A stretch of DNA of 64,000 bases from Candidatus Wolfebacteria bacterium GW2011_GWB1_47_1 (GCA_001029635.1 CP011209.1:350866-414865); one strand, 5' to 3'; shown: positions 10,983 through 19,725, numbered from the stretch's first letter. Notes: generated by a model from the letters alone, not told the origin. Numbers and translations are program-made.

Positions 10983-11009
10983 ATGCCCCGCACATGCGGG
11001 GCATTTTTT
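10983..11009 (+). terminator. Intrinsic terminator
   Basis: ATGCCCCGCA-ca-TGCGGGGCAT followed by a T-run. Confidence 0.7.
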
Positions 11010-11089
11010 ATACTTGCAAAACCATTTTTATGATGGTATTTTTATTTTTAGCAATTATCTTTCAAATATGGATAAAGGGAGGTAACTCG

Positions 11090-11404
11090 ATGCCTGATTG
11101 CGTGCAGTTGGTATGGCATGAAAATGTCCTGAAGTTTATGGGGCATGAGATCCGGGCAGCACACACCGAGCGGCGATTAATTAACAGTGCTGTAATGCAT
11201 CATTGGGTGGAATACATCCGCACTACAAAAAAGACGTCGAAGGAGCGTAGGGCAATTGTCGTGGGCTTGGACCAGCTCCTGAGCTCTATGCCCAATGACG
11301 AAGCAACGTTGTTCTCTAAGTTGGACGTAAAAACGTTGCGGCATTATCTCGAAGACCCTCCTCGGCGTATCTGTAAAAAACCTTTACCTATAGCGGCTGT
11401 ATAA
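11090..11404 (+). CDS. Small helical orphan protein (repeat family member 3)
   Basis: GGGAGGT RBS and its own terminator. Confidence 0.65.
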   Translation: MPDCVQLVWHENVLKFMGHEIRAAHTERRLINSAVMHHWVEYIRTTKKTSKERRAIVVGLDQLLSSMPNDEATLFSKLDVKTLRHYLEDPPRRICKKPLPIAAV

Positions 11405-11415
11405 GCTGTAGCCAC

Positions 11416-11440
11416 AAAGCCCCATTTTGGGGCTTTTTTG
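11416..11440 (+). terminator. Intrinsic terminator
   Basis: AAAGCCCCA-tt-TTGGGGCTTTTTT. Confidence 0.7.
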
Positions 11441-11541
11441 TTTTGGTTGGTTCTTTGGATGCTTTTATGGAGGTAAATCATCATATTTGTCCTAATTTTG
11501 AGGCTTTATTCTTTAACCGGTATACTTTATACTTGGTTTAA

Positions 11542-12513
11542 ATGGCAAGAGTTATTGCAGTCTATAATCAGAAAGGGGGTGTGGCTAAAACGACGACCTG
11601 TGTAAACTTGTCGGCTTATTTGGCGCTTGAAGGTAAGAGGGTCTTGTTGATCGACTTCGATCCTCAGGCAAATGCCAGCTCCGGATTGGGCCACCCTGCG
11701 AAGCTGAATGAATTAAGCATCTATCATGGATTGTTCGGATTAGCCGAGCCTGAGACGCTCGTGAAGCCGACCATTTTTTATAACTACCATCTTATCCCTT
11801 CGAGCCAACATCTTGCCGGTGCGCTCATCGAATTGGTGAACATTCCCGAGCGTGAGTATAAGCTCAAACAATTCATCGACAAGGTTCGTGATACGTATGA
11901 CTATATTTTCATCGATATGCCACCTTCATTGAGCCTGTTGACCATTAATGGATTGGTCGCGGCCGATGAGATCGTTATCCCCGTGCAGAGTCACTACTTT
12001 AGTATGGAAGGGTTGAGTCAGCTGCTCGAGATCATTGAACTAGTACATAAGAATATTTCCGAGCAGGGCTTGAAGGTCTCAGGGGCGGTCATGACCATGT
12101 TCGACGAGAACGAACCGCTTTCGCATAAAATCGCGAATGATATTGCAGAGAACTTTCCGCACAATATTTTTAAAACGCGCATCCCTCGATCATCAGCATT
12201 GTCCGAGGCACCGAGCTATGGGCGCCCCGTCATTCTTCACGATCCGAATTCTACGGGCGCACGCGCCTATGAGCAGCTCGCCAAGGAAATAATCGCGCAA
12301 GAGGCTCCGGCTAAGTCGTTTCAAATGCCGGCGCAACAGTATACCCCGCAAGCGCCCGCACCGCAGACGACACCGTTGCCAAACGAAGCCGATGTGCTAA
12401 TTGATATTAATGCGCATCCTCAGCCCGCACCGCAGCATCCTTCGCAGACTGCGTTTGACCAGCGTCCGACAAATCCGGAAGAAGAAATACACGATGAAGC
12501 TTTTTACATCTAA
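11542..12513 (+). CDS. parA: Chromosome partitioning ATPase ParA/Soj with a Pro/Gln-rich C-terminal tail
   Basis: NQKGGVAKTT deviant Walker A, IDFDPQAN, IDMPPSL, LSEAPSYG. Confidence 0.93.
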   Translation: MARVIAVYNQKGGVAKTTTCVNLSAYLALEGKRVLLIDFDPQANASSGLGHPAKLNELSIYHGLFGLAEPETLVKPTIFYNYHLIPSSQHLAGALIELVNIPEREYKLKQFIDKVRDTYDYIFIDMPPSLSLLTINGLVAADEIVIPVQSHYFSMEGLSQLLEIIELVHKNISEQGLKVSGAVMTMFDENEPLSHKIANDIAENFPHNIFKTRIPRSSALSEAPSYGRPVILHDPNSTGARAYEQLAKEIIAQEAPAKSFQMPAQQYTPQAPAPQTTPLPNEADVLIDINAHPQPAPQHPSQTAFDQRPTNPEEEIHDEAFYI

Positions 12514-12516
12514 CCT

Positions 12517-13770
12517 ATGATAGGACAGGGACTTAATTCATTAATACCGCCGAGGGATCCCAATCAGGGGAATCAATCGACATCGCAACATGCTGCTTCG
12601 GTGAACCAGCCACAGACGCAACCACATGCGCCTATTTTGCATATCCCGCAGCCTCTTCAGCGAGCTCAGGACGTTGCACAGTCTCAGTCGGCGTCGCAGC
12701 AATCGCCGATCGTTGAGGTAATCCATGTCGATCGCGAACAGCTTCGTGCTGATGAGCATGCCGAGATTGTGGTCGAATCGATCCGCTCCATGGATCATCC
12801 GCAGGTGGTAGGTATTTCCATGACTCCAGCAGAACGAGCTGAGATCGCGAGTGATGTCGCATACCAACCGCTTGGACATGAAGATCACGAGTATGCTACT
12901 AAGCGCGCTGCAGGATTTTCGAAACGCACTGCGTTGGGGGATGCGATTTTTCATATCGAAGTAGATAAGATCAAGCCGAACCCCTATCAGCCCCGGAAAC
13001 ATTTTGACGAGACTGCCTTAAAGGATCTCGCCAACTCCATTCGGGAATTTGGTATTTTGCAGCCACTCGTCGTTTCTAAGGTGGAGACTGAGAGCGAGCA
13101 TGGAACCCATGTAGAATATCAGCTCATCGCAGGGGAACGCCGCTTAATGGCGTCGAAGCGCGCAGGTCTGGAGCGTGTACCGGTTATCATCCGTCAAGCG
13201 GCGGAGCGTGCCGAGCAGCTCGAACTTGCGATTATCGAGAACCTGCAGCGTGAAAATTTGGATACCATCGAGACTGCTCGCTCGTATGCGCGCCTACAGG
13301 ATGAATTTGGCATGACGCAACGCGAGGTAGCCGCACGTCTTGGCAAGAGCCGTGAGGTTGTCGGCAACGCATTGCGTTTATTGAGCTTGCCGGTAGAAAT
13401 CCAGGATGCATTGGCGCATAATCAGATTAACGAAAGCCAAGCACGCTTATTGCTTTCTATTCCCAATGTGACGGTGCAGAAGCAATTATTCGCCGATCTG
13501 CTGACGAAAAACTTCAGCGTGCGCGAGCTGAAAGCGAAGATCAAGAGTATTCATAATCCGCCCGTTGCAAACGATCGACCGGTATTCGACGGACAGGCAC
13601 AGTCAGAAGATGCAGAACTGCGTGGCCTCCAAAACCGCTTAAAGGACGCACTCGGAACCGATGTGAAGATCGAAAAGCGCGGAGAAAGCGGCAAGATCGT
13701 CATCAGTTTTTATTCCCCTGAAGAATTGTATGGGGTTGTGAAAAGGATCAACCCACGAGGGGATTTATGA
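12517..13770 (+). CDS. parB: Chromosome partitioning protein ParB/Spo0J with a long N-terminal extension
   Basis: GQGLNSLIP, NPYQPR, GILQP, IAGERR, ENLQRENL, HTH. Confidence 0.93.
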   Translation: MIGQGLNSLIPPRDPNQGNQSTSQHAASVNQPQTQPHAPILHIPQPLQRAQDVAQSQSASQQSPIVEVIHVDREQLRADEHAEIVVESIRSMDHPQVVGISMTPAERAEIASDVAYQPLGHEDHEYATKRAAGFSKRTALGDAIFHIEVDKIKPNPYQPRKHFDETALKDLANSIREFGILQPLVVSKVETESEHGTHVEYQLIAGERRLMASKRAGLERVPVIIRQAAERAEQLELAIIENLQRENLDTIETARSYARLQDEFGMTQREVAARLGKSREVVGNALRLLSLPVEIQDALAHNQINESQARLLLSIPNVTVQKQLFADLLTKNFSVRELKAKIKSIHNPPVANDRPVFDGQAQSEDAELRGLQNRLKDALGTDVKIEKRGESGKIVISFYSPEELYGVVKRINPRGDL

Positions 13771-13796
13771 TTTAAGAATTGACACCAATACAGAGT

Positions 13797-13854
13797 GTTA
13801 TTCCCGCTCATTCAACGAGCTCGGTCCGTCAGCCGACGGATCCGACGGGAATCC
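13797..13854. repeat. REP-like palindrome (GTCATTCCCG...CGGGAATCC family)
   Basis: GTTATTCCCG...CGGGAATCC with an inner TCCGTC-agcc-GACGGA hairpin. Confidence 0.55.
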
Positions 13855-13873
13855 ATAACAATAAATAAATTCT

Positions 13874-14425
13874 GTGGATAAATTTCAGGTTGCAAAAAAT
13901 AAGATCGTCGAGGTTGTCAGTCATTCCGAAAAATATGAAGACCCGGGGCATTCTTTAAATACGTTACATTGGGTATTGAAGTTAAACCCAGATGCCGATG
14001 AAATAGTACAACTCGCTGCATTGGCCCATGATATTGAGCGCGGTATAGAAAACCGGCTGACTGTTGATATGTTTGAAACATATAAGGCATATAAAGGTGC
14101 GCATGCGATCAAGGCGGCCGAACTTGCGTCAGGGATCATTAGTGATGCCGGATATTCCGATCAAGATGCAATGCGGCTGTTTGCTATCATTAAAGATGCG
14201 GAAACCGGGAGTGATGATCCCGACGTCAACCTGATCATGGATGCAGACAGTATTTCATTTTTTGATTATATAATCGAGTATTATTTTAAAGCGAAGGATG
14301 CAGAGCGTACTAAAAAGAAAATGTGGTTTGCGTATGATCGCGCTTCGAATCGATCAAAAAAGATAATTGACGGCATCTTGGAATCAAAGCCGTTCTTTCA
14401 AAAGTTATTTAAAGAACGTAATTGA
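13874..14425 (+). CDS. HD-domain protein (DUF4202-like)
   Basis: H..., AALAHDIER, H, MDADSISFF. Confidence 0.7.
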   Translation: MDKFQVAKNKIVEVVSHSEKYEDPGHSLNTLHWVLKLNPDADEIVQLAALAHDIERGIENRLTVDMFETYKAYKGAHAIKAAELASGIISDAGYSDQDAMRLFAIIKDAETGSDDPDVNLIMDADSISFFDYIIEYYFKAKDAERTKKKMWFAYDRASNRSKKIIDGILESKPFFQKLFKERN

Positions 14426-15015
14426 TGCATCCCACCTATCACACAATCGAAGAAATGATCGAGATGCTGTCGGAACCGAATCGAGGGACCTGTAAGACGA
14501 TCCTTGCTGATAATCGGGAATTGCTCCAGGCTGTACATGGTTCGAGTAATAATCATCAGGTATGGCAGGTCGGATATTTTGATCATGTGCAGGAAACGAT
14601 GAACATCGTGGTGATGTTGTATAATGCGCTGAATCCGTTGCGGCCATTCCCGTTCACATTGGCGGATGCGCTGCTGGTTAACTTTTTCCACGACATCGAA
14701 AAGCCGTGGAAGTATGAGCTTGGTGAGGATGGAAAATTGTATTATCGAGAAGAGCTAAAAGATAAAGAAGCGCAACGTATCTTCCGCATGCAGAAAATGC
14801 ATGAGTACGGCATCCGCCTGACCGAAGAGCAGGACAACGCCATGTGGTATGTGGAAGGGGAATTCGCCGACTATACCAACGAGCGGCGTGTGATGGGGCC
14901 GCTTGCGGCATTTTGCCATATGTGCGACGTGGCGAGCGCGCGGATCTGGTTTGACCACCCCCGACAACAGCATGGCCCGCTTCATGGAGCGGAGCGTATG
15001 CAGGATATTACGTAA
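14425..15015 (+). CDS. HD-superfamily protein
   Basis: GSSNNHQ...GYFDHV, FFHDIEK, HMCD; TGATG coupling to the upstream gene. Confidence 0.7.
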   Translation: MHPTYHTIEEMIEMLSEPNRGTCKTILADNRELLQAVHGSSNNHQVWQVGYFDHVQETMNIVVMLYNALNPLRPFPFTLADALLVNFFHDIEKPWKYELGEDGKLYYREELKDKEAQRIFRMQKMHEYGIRLTEEQDNAMWYVEGEFADYTNERRVMGPLAAFCHMCDVASARIWFDHPRQQHGPLHGAERMQDIT

Positions 15016-15017
15016 TG

Positions 15018-15060
15018 AATTTGTTGAAGTTTTCGCGATCGCGAAAAACTTCAACAAATT
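15018..15060. repeat. Near-perfect 43-bp palindrome centred on CGATCG
   Basis: AATTTGTTGAAGTTTTCGCGA|TCGCGAAAAACTTCAACAAATT. Confidence 0.85.
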
Positions 15061-15068
15061 GGCATAGT

Positions 15069-15100
15069 AAAAAGCCCCGATTCTTGTGAGCGGGGCTTTT
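15069..15100. terminator. Terminator hairpin, copy 1 of a direct repeat
   Basis: AAAAGCCCCG...CGGGGCTTTT; near-identical to 15671-15701. Confidence 0.7.
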
Positions 15101-15114
15101 GATCGAGTCTTTGT

Positions 15115-15156
15115 TGCATTACTTTTATCTGACGATCGTCAGATAAAAGTAATGCA
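15115..15156. repeat. Perfect 42-bp palindrome centred on CGATCG
   Basis: TGCATTACTTTTATCTGACGA|TCGTCAGATAAAAGTAATGCA. Confidence 0.9.
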
Positions 15157-15193
15157 TATATGAATACTCATTTACATATTTTTTTATCTACTC

Positions 15194-15576
15194 AACCAAC
15201 GCATATTTCGGACAAAAGATTAGCGTCATAGCAGGCGATACTATTTGCCACCACATTCACCCTTCCCGGTTCTTGGGAAAAGACATGCGAGCGGAAACAT
15301 ACACCATAGTAACGGAACATGGTTGTCATCCCGTGCTCCGACACGGGATCCAGAGTTTTTGCACCCGTGATGTTACCCTATAGGACTCTGGATTCAGGCT
15401 CGTGGGTCGGAATGACAATGCGTGTGTCATCCCATGCCACGACACGAGATCCAGGTTCACAACCCTAAAACTATTTTCCCACAACAATACTGGATACCGG
15501 CCTCCGCCGATATGACAATGTAACCGAAGCCCTATTAAGGTATCGTAAATTACTTTGGCCGAAATGTGCGTTGGTT
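15194..15576. mobile_element. MITE-like non-coding element with 22-bp terminal inverted repeats
   Basis: AACCAACGCATATTTCGGACAA versus the reverse complement of the right end, AACCAACGCACATTTCGGCCAA (20/22); no transposase and no clear target-site duplication. Confidence 0.55.
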
Positions 15577-15619
15577 ATACATTAATGGAAGTGGATTCCC
15601 GCCTTCGCGGGAATGACAA
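15323..15619. repeat. Cluster of REP-like palindromes (dimers 15323-15418 and 15425-15518; monomer 15593-15619)
   Basis: GTCATCCC...GGATCCAG / CTGGAT...ATGACAA units; GGATTCCCGCCTTCGCGGGAATGACAA. Confidence 0.7.
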
Positions 15620-15670
15620 TTCTTATTAACGACACTCAGTGCTGCCAATTATGGGAGTGGTTAAAAAAAT

Positions 15671-15701
15671 AAAGCCCCGACTCTTGCGAGTGGGGCTTTT
15701 T
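15671..15701 (-). terminator. Terminator of the pyrE-pyrF fusion (copy 2)
   Basis: Minus strand GCCCCACTC-GCAA-GAGTCGGGGC followed by a T-rich tail. Confidence 0.7.
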
Positions 15702-15723
15702 AGGCATGAGGATAAAGGAGGAG

Positions 15724-17064
15724 CTAGCGCTTGATACCGAGCTCGTCGGTCATGACGCGGTTGAACTCGGCGACCGGGTCGGCTGCTTTGGTGAACTGGC
15801 TTCCGGCGACGAGTTTTGTTGCGCCGCTGGCAAGTGCGTCTTCGTGCGGTACGATGTTTTTCTGCGAACCTGCTGCCGCTCCGGGTGAGCGTGTGCCAGG
15901 GACGACAAACTCGTTGCCCGGGTATCGGCTCGCCAGTTCTCTTACCTCGTTGCCGGAGCATACGAATCCGTGACAGCCGGCGTTTTTGCCGATGGTCGCC
16001 AGAGTGGCCACCTCGTCGTTGCGGTTGCAGTGGTAGATCGTGTCGCATTCCTGCTCGTCGATCGAGGTGAGTACCGTGATAGCGAGCACCTTGGTCGGCG
16101 TTCCTTCGAATGCGCGCACTGCTGCGCGTACGGATTCGCCGCTTGCGTTGGCGTGCACGGTGACGGCCCAGGGCGGATCGTTGCGGTATTCCAGGCAGGT
16201 GTTGTAGATGGTGTCGGGTGTATCGCTTCCCTTGAAGTCGATCATGGTGCGCCCGTAGGTGTGGACATCGCGGACAATGTGGCTCCGTTCCTGGTTGTGC
16301 AGTAGGTTGTTCATCTTGAGGATTGCACCGGTGGGGCGCAGGATATCCATGAGCGGCAGGGCGGTGTCCCAGTCCATGCCATCCAAGGCCCAGATAAACG
16401 GGTTCTTCTCTTCCATCTCCGGCTCACAGCGTTGCATGAGCCCGAAGGTGTTGATGAGATGCCTCCTGACGGTGTGCAGATCGGTGCCTGCCCAGGTGGG
16501 CAGGTTGATGCCGAGTTCGGTGAACTTCTGCCGCCAGCCCTGCATGCGATCGACCATGATGACCAGATACGGGGTGCCGCCCTTTGCGGTGATCGCGTAG
16601 TAGGGCTTGATCTTCGATTTGCCGTCGGTCATGACGTCGTCGTACATGCCGATGATCTCTCCGGGTCTCATGTCGCCGATGATCACGCCTTGGGTGGCAC
16701 GACCAGGCTTCGCTTCTTCGCGGATAGTGATCGCGGGGATGCCGAGGCGCTCCTGGATCGATCCCGAAAGGTTGCTCACCGCCAACGGTACGTCTGCGAT
16801 GCGGTTGACGCCGAGGCGCTTGAGCGCCACGGCGTAGCGGTCGGAGAGGAAGGCGACGCCTTCGGCGAACTTACGGCTTTCGCGGATGTTGATGTAGATA
16901 TCCGTTAGTCCGCCGTTTGCCAGGGGGAGCCTTCTGCTGTTATCCATCTTGATCATGTCGTAGTAGACGAGGCCTGCTACGAGCTGCTCCTGCTCCGAGG
17001 GGTCTAAGAAGAACCCCGCCGGAAATTCCGGGTTGAATAACGTGTTCCTGATGTTTTTTTGCAC
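15724..17064 (-). CDS. Bifunctional orotate phosphoribosyltransferase / OMP decarboxylase (PyrE-PyrF fusion)
   Basis: N-half: IYINIR, REEAK, YDDVMTDGKS PRPP loop. C-half: ALD, DFKGSDTPDT (DxKxxDxxxT), TVHA, ITVLTS, VCS, PGTR. GGAGGT RBS, GTG start. Confidence 0.85.
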   Translation of the reverse strand: MQKNIRNTLFNPEFPAGFFLDPSEQEQLVAGLVYYDMIKMDNSRRLPLANGGLTDIYINIRESRKFAEGVAFLSDRYAVALKRLGVNRIADVPLAVSNLSGSIQERLGIPAITIREEAKPGRATQGVIIGDMRPGEIIGMYDDVMTDGKSKIKPYYAITAKGGTPYLVIMVDRMQGWRQKFTELGINLPTWAGTDLHTVRRHLINTFGLMQRCEPEMEEKNPFIWALDGMDWDTALPLMDILRPTGAILKMNNLLHNQERSHIVRDVHTYGRTMIDFKGSDTPDTIYNTCLEYRNDPPWAVTVHANASGESVRAAVRAFEGTPTKVLAITVLTSIDEQECDTIYHCNRNDEVATLATIGKNAGCHGFVCSGNEVRELASRYPGNEFVVPGTRSPGAAAGSQKNIVPHEDALASGATKLVAGSQFTKAADPVAEFNRVMTDELGIKR

Positions 17065-17175
17065 GCACTACCTCCTTTGTCGTTGTGTGGTACTGCTTAG
17101 CTTTTACCATTAAATTACGGAAGTGTAAAGGTTCTTTATCAGGTGGTATATGGCCAAAGGTGGTATACTTATGAC

Positions 17176-18921
17176 ATGAGAATCACCAACGCCGAAATAG
17201 CACAGCTACTCAGCGAAATCGCAGAATATCTTGAAATGGACGATGTTCCCTTCAAGCCGCGCGCATACCAAAAGGTTGCGGATGTTATCGAGAGTCTGGA
17301 TGAGGAAATCGTAGAGATCTACAAGAAGGGTGGGCTGAAGGCGATCGGAGCGATTCCGGGCGTTGGTATTTCGATCGCCAAAACGATCGAGGAATATGTC
17401 ACGACAGGGCGGGTTGCCTATCATGAAGAATTGAAAAAGAAGATCCCCGTTGACCTGCGCAGTCTGACTGCAGTGGAGGGGCTTGGACCGAAGAAGATTA
17501 AAAAGTTGTACAAGCAGATCGGGATCAAGAATTTGCAGGATCTTGAAGTGGCTGCTACTTCAGGCAAGCTCGCCGAAGTTGAGGGGTTCGGTGTAAAGTC
17601 GGCCGAGAATATTTTGAAAGGGATCGAATTTCTAAAGACTTCCGGGGGGAGGCTTATTTTAGGGGATACATTCCCCGCGATCGCGCATATTAAAGAGGAG
17701 CTGGAGAAGATTAAGGGGGTAGAGCGCGTTGATATCGTCGGTTCTGCGCGACGGAAGAGGGAAACGGTCGGAGACTTTGACCTTTTAGTTATCGCAAAAG
17801 ATTCGCAGCCAGTTATGGACTTTTTTGTTCAAATGGACGAAGTAGTTCATGTTTACGCACAGGGTGAAACTAAATCGTCGGTTCGGATCCGGTCTGGCGT
17901 GGATGTCGATATTCGTGTTGTATCTAAAGAATCGTACGGAGCTGCGTTACTGTATTTTACTGGCTCAAAGGCTCATAACGTGACATTGAGACAATTAGCA
18001 ATCAAGAAGGGGTTGAAGCTAAATGAATATGGTTTATATCGTATGAAGGGCAATAAGGAAGAGAAGATGGTCGCAGGCGACACGGAAGAGGGAATCTATA
18101 ATATGTTAGGGATGACATATATCGAACCTGAAATGCGTGAAGATATGGGCGAAGTTGACCTTGCTCAGAATCATCGATTGCCTACGCTTATCGAGTACGA
18201 TGCAATTAGGGGCGACCTGCAGATCCAAACCAACTGGAGTGATGGTTCTAATACCATTGAAGAATATGTCGATGCGGCTATGCAGATGGGGCTGGAATAC
18301 ATCGTCATCACTGACCATACCAAGCGACTCACTGTCGCCAATGGATTGGATGAACAACGCCTACTGGAACAGATGAAAGCAATTGATGCCGTGAATGCGA
18401 AACTTAAAAAAGAAGGAAAGAGGTTTGCGGTACTTAAAGGGAGTGAGGTAGACATCCTGAAAGACGGATCCCTTGATATTGCCGATGAAGTGTTGCGACA
18501 GCTGGACGTCGTTGGCGCATCGGTGCATTCTTATTTCAATCTTTCGCGGGAGCTGCAGACAAAGCGCATCATTGCTGCGATGGAAAACCCGAACGTGGAT
18601 ATTATCTTTCATCCGACGGGGCGAGTCATTAATCGGCGTCCTGCGTATGATGTTGATATGGATGCGATCATCGACGCGGCAAAGCGGACAAAGACAATTC
18701 TGGAGATTAATGCGTTTCCCGATCGGCTCGATCTGAAGGAGGAGTATGTCCGTAAGTGCGTACAAAAAGGTGTGCTGCTTTCCATCGATACCGACGCACA
18801 CTCAATCAACCATTTACAGTTCCTTGTTTGGGGTATTGGGCAGGCCCGTAGGGGGTGGGCGGAGCAGAGCAATATTGTTAATGCATGGCCCGTGGAGAAG
18901 ATGAAGAAGATGCTTAAATAA
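17176..18921 (+). CDS. polX: DNA polymerase X / PHP domain protein
   Basis: HhH GLGPKK, GSARR, GDFD, VDIR, YFTGSKAHN, C-terminal PHP (TDH, HPTGR, DAH). Confidence 0.92.
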   Translation: MRITNAEIAQLLSEIAEYLEMDDVPFKPRAYQKVADVIESLDEEIVEIYKKGGLKAIGAIPGVGISIAKTIEEYVTTGRVAYHEELKKKIPVDLRSLTAVEGLGPKKIKKLYKQIGIKNLQDLEVAATSGKLAEVEGFGVKSAENILKGIEFLKTSGGRLILGDTFPAIAHIKEELEKIKGVERVDIVGSARRKRETVGDFDLLVIAKDSQPVMDFFVQMDEVVHVYAQGETKSSVRIRSGVDVDIRVVSKESYGAALLYFTGSKAHNVTLRQLAIKKGLKLNEYGLYRMKGNKEEKMVAGDTEEGIYNMLGMTYIEPEMREDMGEVDLAQNHRLPTLIEYDAIRGDLQIQTNWSDGSNTIEEYVDAAMQMGLEYIVITDHTKRLTVANGLDEQRLLEQMKAIDAVNAKLKKEGKRFAVLKGSEVDILKDGSLDIADEVLRQLDVVGASVHSYFNLSRELQTKRIIAAMENPNVDIIFHPTGRVINRRPAYDVDMDAIIDAAKRTKTILEINAFPDRLDLKEEYVRKCVQKGVLLSIDTDAHSINHLQFLVWGIGQARRGWAEQSNIVNAWPVEKMKKMLK

Positions 18922-19075
18922 CCTACAACTAATAACCTACGACGGAATTTCGTGGTAAAAATCATGTAATCATGAATCCGTCGGCTGACAAATCAGGATG
19001 ACAATCTTGCCTTCGCTGAAATGACAGACTTTGGGGTCTGTGGAAATGAGACAAAAAGTGGTAAAATAACAGAAT

Positions 19076-19714
19076 ATGAAACACCCGCATTGTAACCGTT
19101 CCCATGCCGCACATTTTTTTTGGTGCCGTGGGTTTGCCCCTGTTTTCTTTATCGTTTCTATCGCGCTGATCGTCGTCGCTATTGGCAGCGGTATCTATTT
19201 TGCCGTTGATAAGGAAACCGCCCAGGCTCCCAGCCCGCAAGAAGCAGTATCATTACCTGTTTCGGAGGTTGTGGAATCTGTTGTCGTTGCGACATCAACC
19301 GCCGTTGCGTCGAATGCTGTTACTCCGCCCGCTTCTTTAGTAGCCACAAAGACGGCTCCGATTGCTATCGTCAATTGCGGATCAAGCGCAAAGACGGCTC
19401 CCCAATGTATCGCCGAGCATATCAAGACCTGTTCACCTGCAAAGGGTATCGTTGTTGATCCCGCTTCCGGTTTAACTGTCGAACGCGTGATTGATGGGTA
19501 TAAAGGAGATGTATGTTCATATCGAACAACGATCATTTCTGGGGGAGGAGAACTCGCGTTGCTTTCGGGGATGGATATCGATTGCATGTTGCCAAAAGCG
19601 ACACTTGCCTCAACGGTGAAGGATGGTTCTATGAGTCAAGAGGATCTTTTTGTTTATTGCACCGGCTCGTTCATGGACTTTATGCGTGAACAAATGAACT
19701 ATTCTTCCCAATAA
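19076..19714 (+). CDS. Membrane-anchored extracellular protein with a pilin-like N-terminus, Ala/Thr/Pro linker and 6-Cys domain
   Basis: RG|FAPVFFIV hydrophobic segment; low-complexity linker; six Cys in the C-terminal domain. Confidence 0.6.
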   Translation: MKHPHCNRSHAAHFFWCRGFAPVFFIVSIALIVVAIGSGIYFAVDKETAQAPSPQEAVSLPVSEVVESVVVATSTAVASNAVTPPASLVATKTAPIAIVNCGSSAKTAPQCIAEHIKTCSPAKGIVVDPASGLTVERVIDGYKGDVCSYRTTIISGGGELALLSGMDIDCMLPKATLASTVKDGSMSQEDLFVYCTGSFMDFMREQMNYSSQ

Positions 19715-19725
19715 TACCAGATATT

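Noticed and set aside
15626-16908. Multiple alternative ORFs overlapping the pyrE-pyrF fusion
   Set aside because: Shadow frames expected in high-GC coding DNA; no motifs.
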